Positions 12,669-23,681 of a stretch of 28,016 bases of DNA are shown here, piece by piece. Numbering within the stretch: position 1 is the stretch's first letter; every line of letters starts with the position of its first letter. Both the position numbers and the translations under genes were made by a program. Below the pieces are notes generated by a model, which was not told the origin of the DNA, made no database searches, and saw only the letters and a program-made list of their open reading frames with translations. The stretch is from Octopus sinensis. Its lineage: Eukaryota. The stretch spans positions 1-28,016 of the forward strand of contig NW_021827532.1 in the NCBI RefSeq assembly GCF_006345805.1, written 5' to 3'.

Positions 12669-13125
12669 GTAAGTATTTGACACTTTCTACGTATTTTCCA
12701 CATCCAATATTTAAATTCTCATTGATATGTTCTCAGCTAATCGCTTATGCTGTTCATCTCACAGCTTTAAGCACAATCTTATGTTAGAGTAAAACAAATC
12801 GATATGTTACCTGCTGTGAAGTCAAATAAACTGTTTCTTACCATATTGAATTTATAATATATAACATCGCATACACAGAGATTGGATATGACTAGTATCT
12901 GACTTTGATTTCATTTGTCTGAACTTATCAAATCTTACGGTATATTCAATGAACGGACAGTATAAAAACTTTAGTGCTAAGAAAACGTGTATTCCACATA
13001 GTTATATTATATCATTAATTAGTTGAATTGTCGCTTATTATTACAGTAATATGATATAATATCAGTTGATCGTGTCACAGAATAATTGTTAATTATTGTT
13101 TGTGTTAATTTTATAATAGAATATG

Positions 13126-13330
13126 CAGCGAGCTATCAGAATCGTTGTGCACGCCAGACAAAATGTTGAGCGGTATTTCGTTCGTCTTTACGTTTCGATT
13201 TTAAATTCTGTCGAGGTTGACTTTGTTTTCATTCTTTTGGAGTCGGTAAAATAAATAGCAATTATCTCTGAGATCAATGTAAAGGACTTGTCCCTTTCCC
13301 AAAATTTCAGGTTTGTTCCTATGGAAGAAA
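13126..13330 (+). mobile_element. Second SINE family copy in intron 1
   Basis: GCAGCGAGCTATCAGAATCGTT...GCGGTATTTCG...AAATTCTGTCGAGGTTGACTTTG...GAGTCGGTAAAATAA resembles the common octopus SINE (GGCGAGCTGGCAGAA...GAGTTCAAATTCCGCCGAGGTCGACTTTGCCTTTCATCC), from memory. Confidence 0.6.
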
Positions 13331-13744
13331 TTATTATTTTTATAATTAAAAATGAAACAGATGGATTAAACAGCAGATAATGACGAGATCCGCTTAAATT
13401 ACCAAATTCTTAAAATACCTAAGTGAAGAAATCAAAATAGTGTTATTTTAACAAATTATGAGGAATTTATTTTTGATAGAATGTCATCAGTAAAATTTAC
13501 CCTATCATGAACACAATAAAACTTATTACAAAATTATGCAAGCTTAATTGAAGTTTCGGCTGATTGATGTATCCCCGTTCACCTGAAATCTTACGCAATT
13601 TTTAAGTAAATTATTAAAATTTAACGTCTCAAGAAATGGAATAGAATAAAAAAGAGAAATTATTTGATACATGCAATCATAACAAATACTCTGTTGCAAC
13701 ACATTGCTCTTCCAGGTGATTACTTCCAGTTAATTGGCTTGCAT

Positions 13745-13836
13745 CATTGCATTAATCACCTTAAACTTTCAGTTTTAATCAAATATTCATTAGAATATTT
13801 GATTAAAACTGAAAGTTTAAGGTGATTAATGCAATG
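13745..13836. repeat. Perfect palindrome: 44-bp arms, 4-nt loop (ATTA)
   Basis: 13745-13788 CATTGCATTAATCACCTTAAACTTTCAGTTTTAATCAAATATTC is the exact reverse complement of 13793-13836. Confidence 0.98.
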
Positions 13837-14084
13837 GATCAATTCATTCGATCAGATCTATTTCTCAAAACATTTGGAAGGTTTTGACAAAATGAGAAAT
13901 CCTAATGTAAAATAAAGAGAAAAGTTTCAATAATGGAATCCCTAAATCTCGTATAACTCAAGATGTTGAATAGTAAAGTTGAAGTTCTGTTTAATAAGTT
14001 AGATATTTTCATCGTTCATAACTTGAGCGAGGTTTGGCACAAATCATTTGACCGTCTAGCAGAATACATCACGTTCTGACACAC

Positions 14085-14230
14085 GGCAATCTGACTTCAA
14101 GTCCCGCCAAGGTCAACCTTGGGTCATTCATTTCCGAGATCAATAAAGAACCATAACAGTTCAATGAACAAATGCAACTATGAGGACCTCGAATAAGACA
14201 CCTTGCAGTATATTGTCCAGTTGTCTGTGA
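14085..14230 (+). mobile_element. Strongly decayed copy of the second SINE family
   Basis: CTGACTTCAAGTCCCGCCAAGGTCAACCTT...GAGATCAATAAA aligns loosely to the copy at 13126. Confidence 0.4.
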
Positions 14231-15044
14231 CCTGAGTTAAAATTACACACTTTTTATTTTACCGATTTTGGAGAAAGGATCATACAAGTTTTTTAACCCC
14301 TGCAAGATCTCCAATACTTGTGAGACAGATATCATTAATATTCCGTTTGAGCTGTTGCAGGTTAACCTTTACAGGAATGATTAACAGGGATGCTATTTAG
14401 GGGATGAAGGATTTAGCATAGATGGCTAATAATGGTAACAAACTGAGGTTTAATACAGCAAGAGTAAGGAGCAAAGGGCTAAAAAAAGACGAAAAAACTA
14501 AGGCAATGTATGTTGCCACATCCCTTTTTTAAATAACACCCTTAACCAGTTAAATCACCATGTAAGTTTGTTCTCCTTTGTAGCACATAACTCAAAATTA
14601 TATCAGGGTTTCCCCACTCTACCATCACCAATTCTATTAATAAATCCCTTTCTATTTCTGTTATGTTTTCCTTCCTAGTCTATTATTTCAGTCTTGAAGT
14701 TTTGGGGGTTTATTTATTTTTGTGAAGAACTTTTATGCATCAATTATGCAAAGGAGAGGAGTTTACTTTTGCAAAGATAAATTACTTTTGACAGCAAAGT
14801 GTAATAACAAATAGAATGCTCATTGGACAGAAACAAGATATTTATAAATAAAGCTGACTTCTGAGATGATAAAAATATCTTCCACTGAAAACTGATGTTG
14901 CAACGAAGGCTTTGTAAATCTAATTCAAATCACAAATATTTTGAACATCCATTCTTTTCTCATATTTTACATGCATGTGTGTTTTCCATTCATACTTTAC
15001 GTGGTGACTTAAATCTGTTTCATATCTTATATAATAAAATATCC

Positions 15045-15787
15045 GAAAATGCAAACAGAACCTTCGTGAAGACGAAAAGAAAGCCTTACAAACTGCAAAT
15101 TGACAATTTAATCATCCTAAACGAAACCGATTGGGGAAGGGTGATAGCAGTCACGGACCAAGACTACTATAAAGATAAAATATTGGAAACAGACTAATCC
15201 TGCTACAAGGAAGAACCAAGACACGCGGAGAAAGTAATAATGAATACACCCAAAATTAAGATAAATGAATACCAACGTTCGTTCACAGATAAAGAGAAAG
15301 ATTATTTATGCAGCTCTGTAATGAAAGAGAGTAATTTCTATGGATCACCCAAGATCTGCGAATGCTCCAAAATGCAAGGATCAGCATATAAAAATACTAA
15401 GACCTACTGACATCAAATTGAGACCAACAGTTGCTGGACCTTGAGCCCCAACACAACAACTGAGCCATCTTTTGGATATACTCCTCAAACCGTTGTGCCC
15501 ATTAATGCCCAGCTATACCCGAGACGATATGGATTTCATCAAACACATTCCACCCACTGTCCCAGAACGTACTATACTTAAAAGATTTGACTAATCTTTG
15601 TACAAATACATCACACTTTGGGCCTGGGAGCAATCAAACACTGGGTAGAAATCATAGCGGACGGATGGACGAACGCTTCAAAACGCATTTCCAAAGACAC
15701 ACACCTGGAACTAGAAGACAACACCTTTAGATTCGATAATAAACTGTATCGACAGATAAAAGGACACCACTACGGGGACGAGGTTCA
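15045..15787 (+). mobile_element. Penelope-like element reverse transcriptase remnant (pseudogenised) in intron 1
   Basis: Frameshifted translation gives KQNLREDEKKALQ, NLIILNETDWGRVIAVTDQDYYKDKIL (cf. IIIKxADKGxxxVxMDxxxY), FYGSPKI (FYGLPKIHK), KLRPTVAGP, LSHLLDILLKPL, RFD*SLY (SFDVxSLYT) and EDNTFRFDNKLYRQIKG (QxxGxxMG region). It contains stops and frameshifts. Confidence 0.9.
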
Positions 15788-16087
15788 CACACATACTCGC
15801 ACCCAGAGGTAGATATACATATGTGTGTATATTTCTGAGTGTATATGTGTGTATGTGCGTATATATGCATACATGTGCGTGTATGTGTGTGGAAGTGTGT
15901 GTTGGTACATAGAGAGGCGAAGCGGATACTCGAGGTTGTGCAAGTAAAGTAGGAAATAAACATGAAACGGCTGCCACATTAAGACATTCTTCTTCTCCTG
16001 CTGTTTCTTTTTTCTTCTACTTATTCTTCTTCTTCTTCTTCCTTTTCTTCGTTTTATTCTTTTTCTTCTCCTCCTTCTTCTTCCTCT

Positions 16088-16119
<32 letters not shown>

Positions 16120-16836
16120 TCCGTCTTCTTCTTCTTCTTCTTTTTCTTCTCCCTCTTCTTCTCCCTCTTCGTCTTCGTCTTCTTCTTCCTTTTCTTCTTC
16201 TTCTTTTTCTTCTCCCTCTTATTCTTCCTCTTCCTCTTCTTCTTCTTCTTTTTCTTCTTATTCTTTTTCTTCTTCTTTTTCTTCTCTGTACTTTCTGCTT
16301 AGTCACTGGTCTCTCTCTTTTACATTCTCTGCCAATTCTTCCTTTTATTCTCATCCTCCTGCTCTTCCTGCTCCTTCTGCTGCTACCCCAAGCTGCCCCT
16401 CCTCAGTCTTTCCTTCTTTTGTCCTCCTCCTAACCTCCCCACCTCTCCTCCCCCTCCGCCACCTCAACCTCCTCCTCACTCTCATTCGTCTTCTACTTCT
16501 TCTTCGTCTTCTTCTTCTTCTTTTTCTTCTTCTTCTTCTTCTTCTTCTTCTTCTTCTTCTCCTTCGTCTTCTTCATTTTCTTCTTCTTCTTCGTCTTCTC
16601 CTTCGTCTTCTTCTTCTTCTTCGTCTTCTCCTTCGTCTTCTTCTTATTCTTATTCTTCCTCTTCTTCTTCACCTCCTCCCCAATTCTCTTCCTTTTCTTT
16701 TTCTTCTATTTCTTCTTTTTCTTCTTCTTCGTTATCTTTCTCCTTTTTCTTCCTTTCATTCTCAAGTCACGGTGTTTGATATCGTATCACAAATATTTTC
16801 CATATAATCTATTTTACTCTTTCTTTACTGCTATAG

Positions 16837-16908
16837 ACGTCTTGGCAACAACAACATTGCCACCATCAAAGAAGGTGCGTTCACGGGGCTTTCGAATTTA
16901 AAAGAGTT
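16837..16908 (+). CDS. LRR exon A1 (72 nt, phase 2/2): (L)RLGNNNIATIKEGAFTGLSNLKE(L)
   Basis: CTTTACTGCTATAG acceptor, TT|GTAAGT donor, exactly 24 codons, in frame with exon 1, typical-class LRR consensus LxLxxNxIxxIxxxxFxGLxxLxxL. Confidence 0.95.
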
Positions 16909-17897
16909 GTAAGTTCGTTTAGTTTCTTGATACTATTTTCCGAAAGTAATAATTGATGCTGATATATAAGCTCACAAATGTATAAAATTTCAGACTGAAC
17001 CAAACAAAATCAATTCAAATTTGTAGAATGAACAAGATTTAGGAAGATACAAAGAGAATAGGGGAGAGCGAGACAATGTGAAAGAAAGAGAGAGAATTTT
17101 GGGGAGAAAGTGAAATAATAGGAAAAAATATAATGTTCCTTTATTGTAGTTGCTTTGTTTCAACTCGCATCTCAATAACTCAGTTTTGTTCCCCAAATTT
17201 CAATGATTTTGATATGAATTTGTATTAGAAATGGTAACGTTTGTGAGTTTACATGTTTGCATCTAATATTTTTATCTGAAGTATATGTGTATGTTCATAT
17301 ATAAGTGTAGTTCTGTGTGAAATGTGACTATATTATTCCTTTATTTTATATTTTGCATCCTCCTCCATTTCTTATTTCAATATTCTCCTCCGTGTTTCGA
17401 TATTATCATTCAACTTCGAATTTTGTCATTCACTTCACTTTATTTATGTAATAGAGCAACTGAAGTGGAAGCGGAAAATATATATTCGAATAATATAGTC
17501 ACATACATTCTATCTGTAAACCTGAAATACTTACTGTACTTGTAAGCTGGAATATTTGGCCTCATACAATTAAACTGCTGATATATTTCTTGTAAGCATG
17601 TGTTTTCTAATATTCTTGTGACAATGAAGCGATATGAAATAAATAATCTCTCCCACCATATTTCCCCAAGTGTGAATGGGAATATGTGTGATGTGAGTGT
17701 GCATATCGCATTCCGTCGTTGATACTATGAATATAAAAATGCGTATGAGTGCATTTGAATATGTTGATTTCTGATTCCGTATATTCCCTGATTTTTCAGC
17801 CATGTCTTCTCGCCCAAAATTTATCGATCTATCCTTGAATTATTTCCTGATATTTTAAGAACAATTTCAGTTTCGTCTTCAACACCATGATTTTCAA

Positions 17898-17928
<31 letters not shown>

Positions 17929-18558
17929 CTTCTTCTTCTTCTTTCCTACTTCTCTTCCTCCTCCTTCTCCTTTGTCCTCTTCTTCTTCCCCTTCCTCCTA
18001 CTCCTCCGCCTCCACCTATTTTCCTCTTATTCATTCTTTTCCTTCTTTTTCTTTTTCTCCTTCTTTTTTCATGCTTCTTCTTCTTCTTCTCCTATTACTT
18101 CTTCTTTTCCTTCTCTTCTTCTTCTTCTTCTTCTTCTTCTTTTCCTTCATCTTCTTCTTTTTCTCCTCACCGTCCTCTTGTACTTCTTCTATTTCTTCCT
18201 CCTCTTTTTAATCTTTTACATCTTCTTCTTCTAGTCTACACTCTGCACCTCCTCCTATTTTCCTCCCCCTCCTGCATCTCCTTGTCCTTCCCTGTCCTCA
18301 TCCTTCTTCACATCCCCTCCTCCTCCAACTCCTCCTTCTTCTACTTCTTCTCCCCCTCCACTTCCTCCTTGTCTTCTCCGTATCCCCTTCCCCTCCTCCC
18401 ATTCATCTTTCGCTTCTTCTTCTCCTCAATCTCTTTCCTCTTCCTCTTCTTCTCGTATTATTTTCCTATAATTTTGTCCCTTTTCATAAAGAACAATATT
18501 GAATATGTTATCGCAATTCACACTATGTCAATCTAACCAATATTGTTTCCTGCTTCAG

Positions 18559-18630
18559 ATATCTTTCCTACAATAAAATTTCAAGAATTGAAAAAGAGAT
18601 GTTTCAAGGCCTTCACAACTTAGAGAAATT
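18559..18630 (+). CDS. LRR exon C1 (72 nt, phase 2/2): (L)YLSYNKISRIEKEMFQGLHNLEK(L)
   Basis: TTTCCTGCTTCAG acceptor, TT|GTAAGT donor, 24 codons matching the LRR consensus. Confidence 0.95.
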
Positions 18631-19474
18631 GTAAGTTCTGTCAATGTTGTCGTTTATACATGAGGAATATACTGTCTTTAAATTTAATATCCCCTTATTT
18701 CCATGTTTTCTCACTCTCTATTACAGTAAATCATATTCAGTTCTCATATTCGTGTTATATTTATTTGATTGAGTCTGAACATGTCAATGACTGTCAGTTG
18801 ATAATTGTCTGCATAAAAATGTTATTCCTGCAAATATATATGTGTATGTTCATATGTATCTATGTATATGCACTATTAATATAAGTTTTAGCTACTATTT
18901 TCTTACATATTGTTCTCTTGATTCTGTGGTGCCGTGTGGTTATTTATCAACACTTCCACCGAGATAATTTTTTTGTTATTGTTGTTGTTGTTGTTTTGTT
19001 CTTCTTCTTGTAATGATCCTTTACCCCTCCTCCTCCACCTCCTTCTCCTCCATTTTCTTCTTCTTATTATTGCAATTCTCCTCCTCAACCTCCCCTCTTC
19101 GTCCTACTCATCATCCTTTTTCTTCAGTTTCTTCGTTCTCTTCTATTTTTCTTCTTCTTCATCTTCTTCGTCTTTTTCTCCTTACCTTCTTCATCTTCTT
19201 CATGTTCCTCTTCTTCTTCTACTTTTTCCTCTTCTTTGTCTTCTTCTTTTCCTTCTTATTCTTTTTCTTCTTCTTTTTCTTCTCTGTACTTTCTGCTCCG
19301 TCACTGGTCTCCCTCTTTTCCATTCTCTGCCAATTCTTCATCGTATTCTCAGTCTCCTGTCCTTCCTGCTCCTTCTGCTGCTACCCCCAGCTGCCCCTCC
19401 TCAGTCATCCCTTCCTTTGCCCTCCTCCTAACATCCCCGCCTCTCCACATCCTCGTCAATTCTCCTTCCTCTTC

Positions 19475-19506
<32 letters not shown>

Positions 19507-19680
19507 CTTCTTCTTCTTCTTCTTCTTCTTCTCCTTCTCCTTCTCCTTTCTAGTTCTTCTTCTTCTTCTTCTTCGTAATCTTTCTTCTTTTTCTTCCTTT
19601 CATTCTCAAGTCACAGTGTTTGATGTCGTATCACAAATATTTTCCATATAATCTATTTTACTCTTTCTTTACTGCGACAG

Positions 19681-19752
19681 AGTACTTGGTACCAACAACA
19701 TTGCAACCATCAAAGAAGGTGCATTCACGGGGCTTTCAAATTTAAACTACTT
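19681..19752 (+). CDS. LRR exon A2 (72 nt): (L)VLGTNNIATIKEGAFTGLSNLNY(L)
   Basis: CTTTACTGCGACAG acceptor, TT|GTAAGT donor; paralog of A1 (11 nt differences). Confidence 0.93.
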
Positions 19753-22518
19753 GTAAGTTCGTTCAGTTTCTTGATACTATTTTCCGAAAGTAATAATTGA
19801 TGCTGATATATAAGCTCACAAATGTATAAAATTTCTGACTGCACCAAAGAAAATCAATTCGAATTTGTAGAATGAACATGATTTAAGAAGATACAAAGAG
19901 AATATGAGTGAGCGAGACAATGTGAAAGAAAGAGAGAGAAAGTGAAATAATAGGGAAAATATAATGTTCCTTTATTGTAGTTGCTTTGTTTCAATTCGCA
20001 TCTCAATAACTCATTTTTGTTCCCCAAATTTCAATGATTTTGATATGTATTTGTATTAGAAATGGTAGCGTTTGTGAGTTTACATGTTTGCATCAAATAT
20101 TTTTATCTGAAGTATATGTGTATGTTCATATATAAGTGTAGTTCTGTGTGAAATGTGACTATATTATTCCTTTATTTTATATTTTGCCTCCTCCTCCATT
20201 TCTTATTTCAATATTCTCCTTCGTGTGTCGATATTATCATTCAACTTCGAATTTTTCATTCACTTCACGTTATTTATGTAATAGAGCAACTGAAATGGAA
20301 GCGGAAAATATATATTCAAAAAATATAGTCACATACATTCTTTCTGTAAACCTGAAATACTTACTGTACTTGTAAGCTGAATATTTCGCCTGATACAATT
20401 AAACTGCTGATATATTACTTGTAAGCGTGTGTTTTCTAATATTCTTGTGACAATGAAGCGATATGAAATAAATAATCTCTCTCACCAAATTTCCACAAGG
20501 GTGAGTGGGAATATGTGTGATGTGAGTGTGCATACCGCATTCCGTCGTTGATACTATGAATATAAGAATGCGTATGTGTGCATTTGTATATGTTGATTTC
20601 TGATTCCGTATATTCCCTGATTTTTCAGCCATGTCTTCTCGCCCAAAATTTATCATTCTATCCTTGAATTATTTCTTGATATCTTAAGAACAATTTGAGT
20701 TTAGTCTTCAACACCATGATTTTCAATATACCTTCTATCTTCTTCTTCTTCTTCTTCTTCTCTTCTTCTTCTTCTTCTCTTCTTCTTCTTCTTCTTCTTC
20801 TTCTTCTTCTTCTTCGTCTTCTTCTTCTACTCCCCTACTTCTTCTTCCTTTCTTCTTCTTCGTTTTCGTCTTTTTCTTCTTCTTCTTCATCTTCGTCTTT
20901 CTCTTCTTCGTCGTCGTCTTCTTTTTCTTCTTCTTCGACTTCGTCTACTTCTTCTTCCTCCGCCTCACCTCCTGCTCATCATCCTCCTCCTTTTTCTTCT
21001 ATTCTTCTTCATTTTCTTGTTCTTCTCCTTCTTTTAAACTATTCTTCTTCTTCTCCTCCTCCACCTCCTCCTCTTTCTTTTCTTCATCTAATTTTATTCT
21101 CTTCTTCTTCATCTACATTTACTTCTTGTAATTCACTTCCTCCTCCCACCACCCCACCCCCTCCTTTTTCTTCTTGTAATTCTCGTCCACCTCCACTCCT
21201 CTCCCTTCTTGCTCTTTTGTCTTCTTCTTCTTCTAATTCTTATTCTTATTCTCCTTCTTCGTCTTCTTCTTCTTCTTCTACTTCTGTTCCTCGTCTTCCT
21301 CCATCTTTTCCTTTTCTTCTTCTCTTTCTACCAAATCTTTTTTTCTTCGTCTTCTACCTCTTCTACACTTTATACTTCTTCATATTCTTCTCCTCCTCCT
21401 CTTTTCTGGTCTTCTTCCCCTTCATCCTCCTCCTCTTCCTTCTTCTTCTTCGTCTTCTTTTTTCTTCTTCTTTTTCTTCTTTTTCTACTTCTACTTCTAC
21501 TTCTCTTCCTCCTCCTCCTCCTCCTCCTCCTTTCTCCTTATTCTTCTTCTTCTTGTACTTCTCCTCCTCACCTTCCTCCTTATTTTTCTTTTTCTTCAAC
21601 TTCTCTTTCTTCTCTCATTTCTTCTACTCTTTCTTATTCTTCTATTTCTCATTACTTCTATTTACTTCTCCTCTTCCGTCTCTTTCTTCTTCATATTTTC
21701 ATTTTGTTATTCTCCTCCTCCTTCTTCTTCATTTTTTTCTTTTTCTCTAACTTCTTCTTCTTCATCATCCTCCTCCACCTCTTGCTTCCTCTTCCTTCTT
21801 CTTCTCTTACTTCTACTGCTTCCTGTTCTTCTTCTTCCACAACTACACCTCCTCCTTTTTCTTCTTCTGCTTCTTCTTCTTCTTCTTCTTCTCTTCCTCC
21901 TCCTTCTTCTTGTAATTCTTTCCTTCCCCTCCCCCTCCTTATCCTCTTTCTTCTTCTTGTTTTTCTTCCTCTCCTACTTCTTCTTTCTTCTACTTCTCCT
22001 CCTTCTCCTCCTCTTTCTTCTTCTTCTCATCTTCTTTTTTGTAAATCTCCACCTCCTTCTCCTCTTCCTCCTCCTTCTTCATCGCCTTCTTCTTCATCTT
22101 TTTCCTCTTCTTCTCCTTTTTCCTCTCTTTTACCTATTCTTCTTCGTCTCCTCACCCTCCTCCTCTTTTTAATAATTTACATCTTTTTCGTCTACTCTAC
22201 CCTCTGCTCCTCCTCCTATTTCCCCCACCCCTCCTTGTTCTACTCCGTCCTCAGCCTTTTTCCTCTCCTTCGTTCCTCCACCTCCAACTCATCCTTCTTC
22301 TAATTCTTCTCCCCCTCCACTTCCTCCTTGTCTTTTCCGTATCCCCTTCCCCTCCTCCCATTCTTCTTTGGCTTCTTCTTCTCCCTCAATCTCTTTCCTC
22401 TTCCTCTTCTTCTCGTATTATTTTCCTATAATTTTGTCCCATTTCATAAAGAACAATATTGAATATGTTATCGCAATTCACACTATGTCAATCTAACCAA
22501 TATTGTTTCCTGCTTCAG

Positions 22519-22590
22519 ATATCTTTCCTACAATAAAATTTCAAGAATTGAAAAAGAGATATTTCAAGGCCTTCACAACTTAGAGAAATT
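22519..22590 (+). CDS. LRR exon C2 (72 nt): (L)YLSYNKISRIEKEIFQGLHNLEK(L)
   Basis: Same splice sites as C1; one difference, ATG>ATA (M>I). Confidence 0.93.
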
Positions 22591-23609
22591 GTAAGTTCTT
22601 TCAATGTTGTCGTTTATACATGAGGAATATACTGTCTTTAAATTTAATATCCCCTTATTTCCATGTTTTCTCACTCTCTATTACTGTAAATCATATTCAG
22701 TTCTCATATTCGTGTTATATTTATTTGATTGAGTCTGAACATGTCAATGACTGTCAGTTGATAATTGTCTGCATAAAAATGTTATTCCTGCAAATATATA
22801 TGTGTATGTTCATATGTATCTATGTATATGCACTATTAATATAAGTTTTAGCTACTATTTTCTTACACATTGTTCTCTTGATTCTGTGGTGCCGTGTGGT
22901 TATTTATCAACACTTCCACCGAGATAATTTTTTTGTTATTGTTGTTGTTGTTGTTTTGTTCTTCTTCTTGTAATTATCCTTTCCCCTCCTCCTCCACTTC
23001 CTTCTCCTCCATTTTCTTCATCTTATTATTATTGCAATTCTCCTCCTCAACCTCCCCTCTTCGTCCTACTCATCATCCTTTTTCTTCAGTTTCTTCGTTC
23101 TCTTCTATTTTTCTTCTTCTTCATCTTCTTCGTCTTTTTCTCCTTACCTTCTTCATCTTCTTCATGTTCCTTTCTTCTTCTACTTCTTTCTCTTCTTTGT
23201 CTTCTTCTTTTTCTTCTTATTCTTTTTCTTCTTTTTCTTCTCTGTACTTTCTGCTCCGTCACTGGTCTCCCTCTTTTTCCATTCTCTGCCAATTCTTCAT
23301 CTTATTCTCAGTCTCCTGTCCTTCCTGCTCCTTCTGCTGCTACCCCCAGCTACCCCTCCTCAGTCATCCCTTCCTTTGCCCTCCTCCTAACATCCCCGCC
23401 TCTCCACCTTCTCGTCAATTCTCCTTCCTCTTCTACTTCTTCTTCTTCTTCTTCTTCTCCTTCTCCTTCTCCTTTCTAGTTCTTCTTCTTCTTCTTCTTC
23501 TTTGTAATCTTTCTTCTTTTTCTTCCTTTCATTCTCAAGTCACAGTGTTTGATGTCGTATCACAAATATTTTCCATATAATCTATTTTACTCTTTCTTTA
23601 CTGCGACAG

Positions 23610-23681
23610 AGTTCTTGGTGCCAACAACATTGCAACCATCAAAGAAGGTGCATTCACGGGGCTTTCAAATTTAAACTACTT
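23610..23681 (+). CDS. LRR exon A3 (72 nt): (L)VLGANNIATIKEGAFTGLSNLNY(L)
   Basis: Same splice sites as A2; two differences (GTA>GTT silent, ACC>GCC T>A). Confidence 0.93.

Noticed and set aside
14490-14567. Donor-like CAT|GTAAGT in intron 1 as another LRR exon
   Set aside because: No AG 72 nt upstream and no LRR translation.
17542-17597. Second TT|GTAAGC donor 50 nt after candidate exon B
   Set aside because: Using it would include an in-frame TAA, and there is no acceptor 72 nt upstream.
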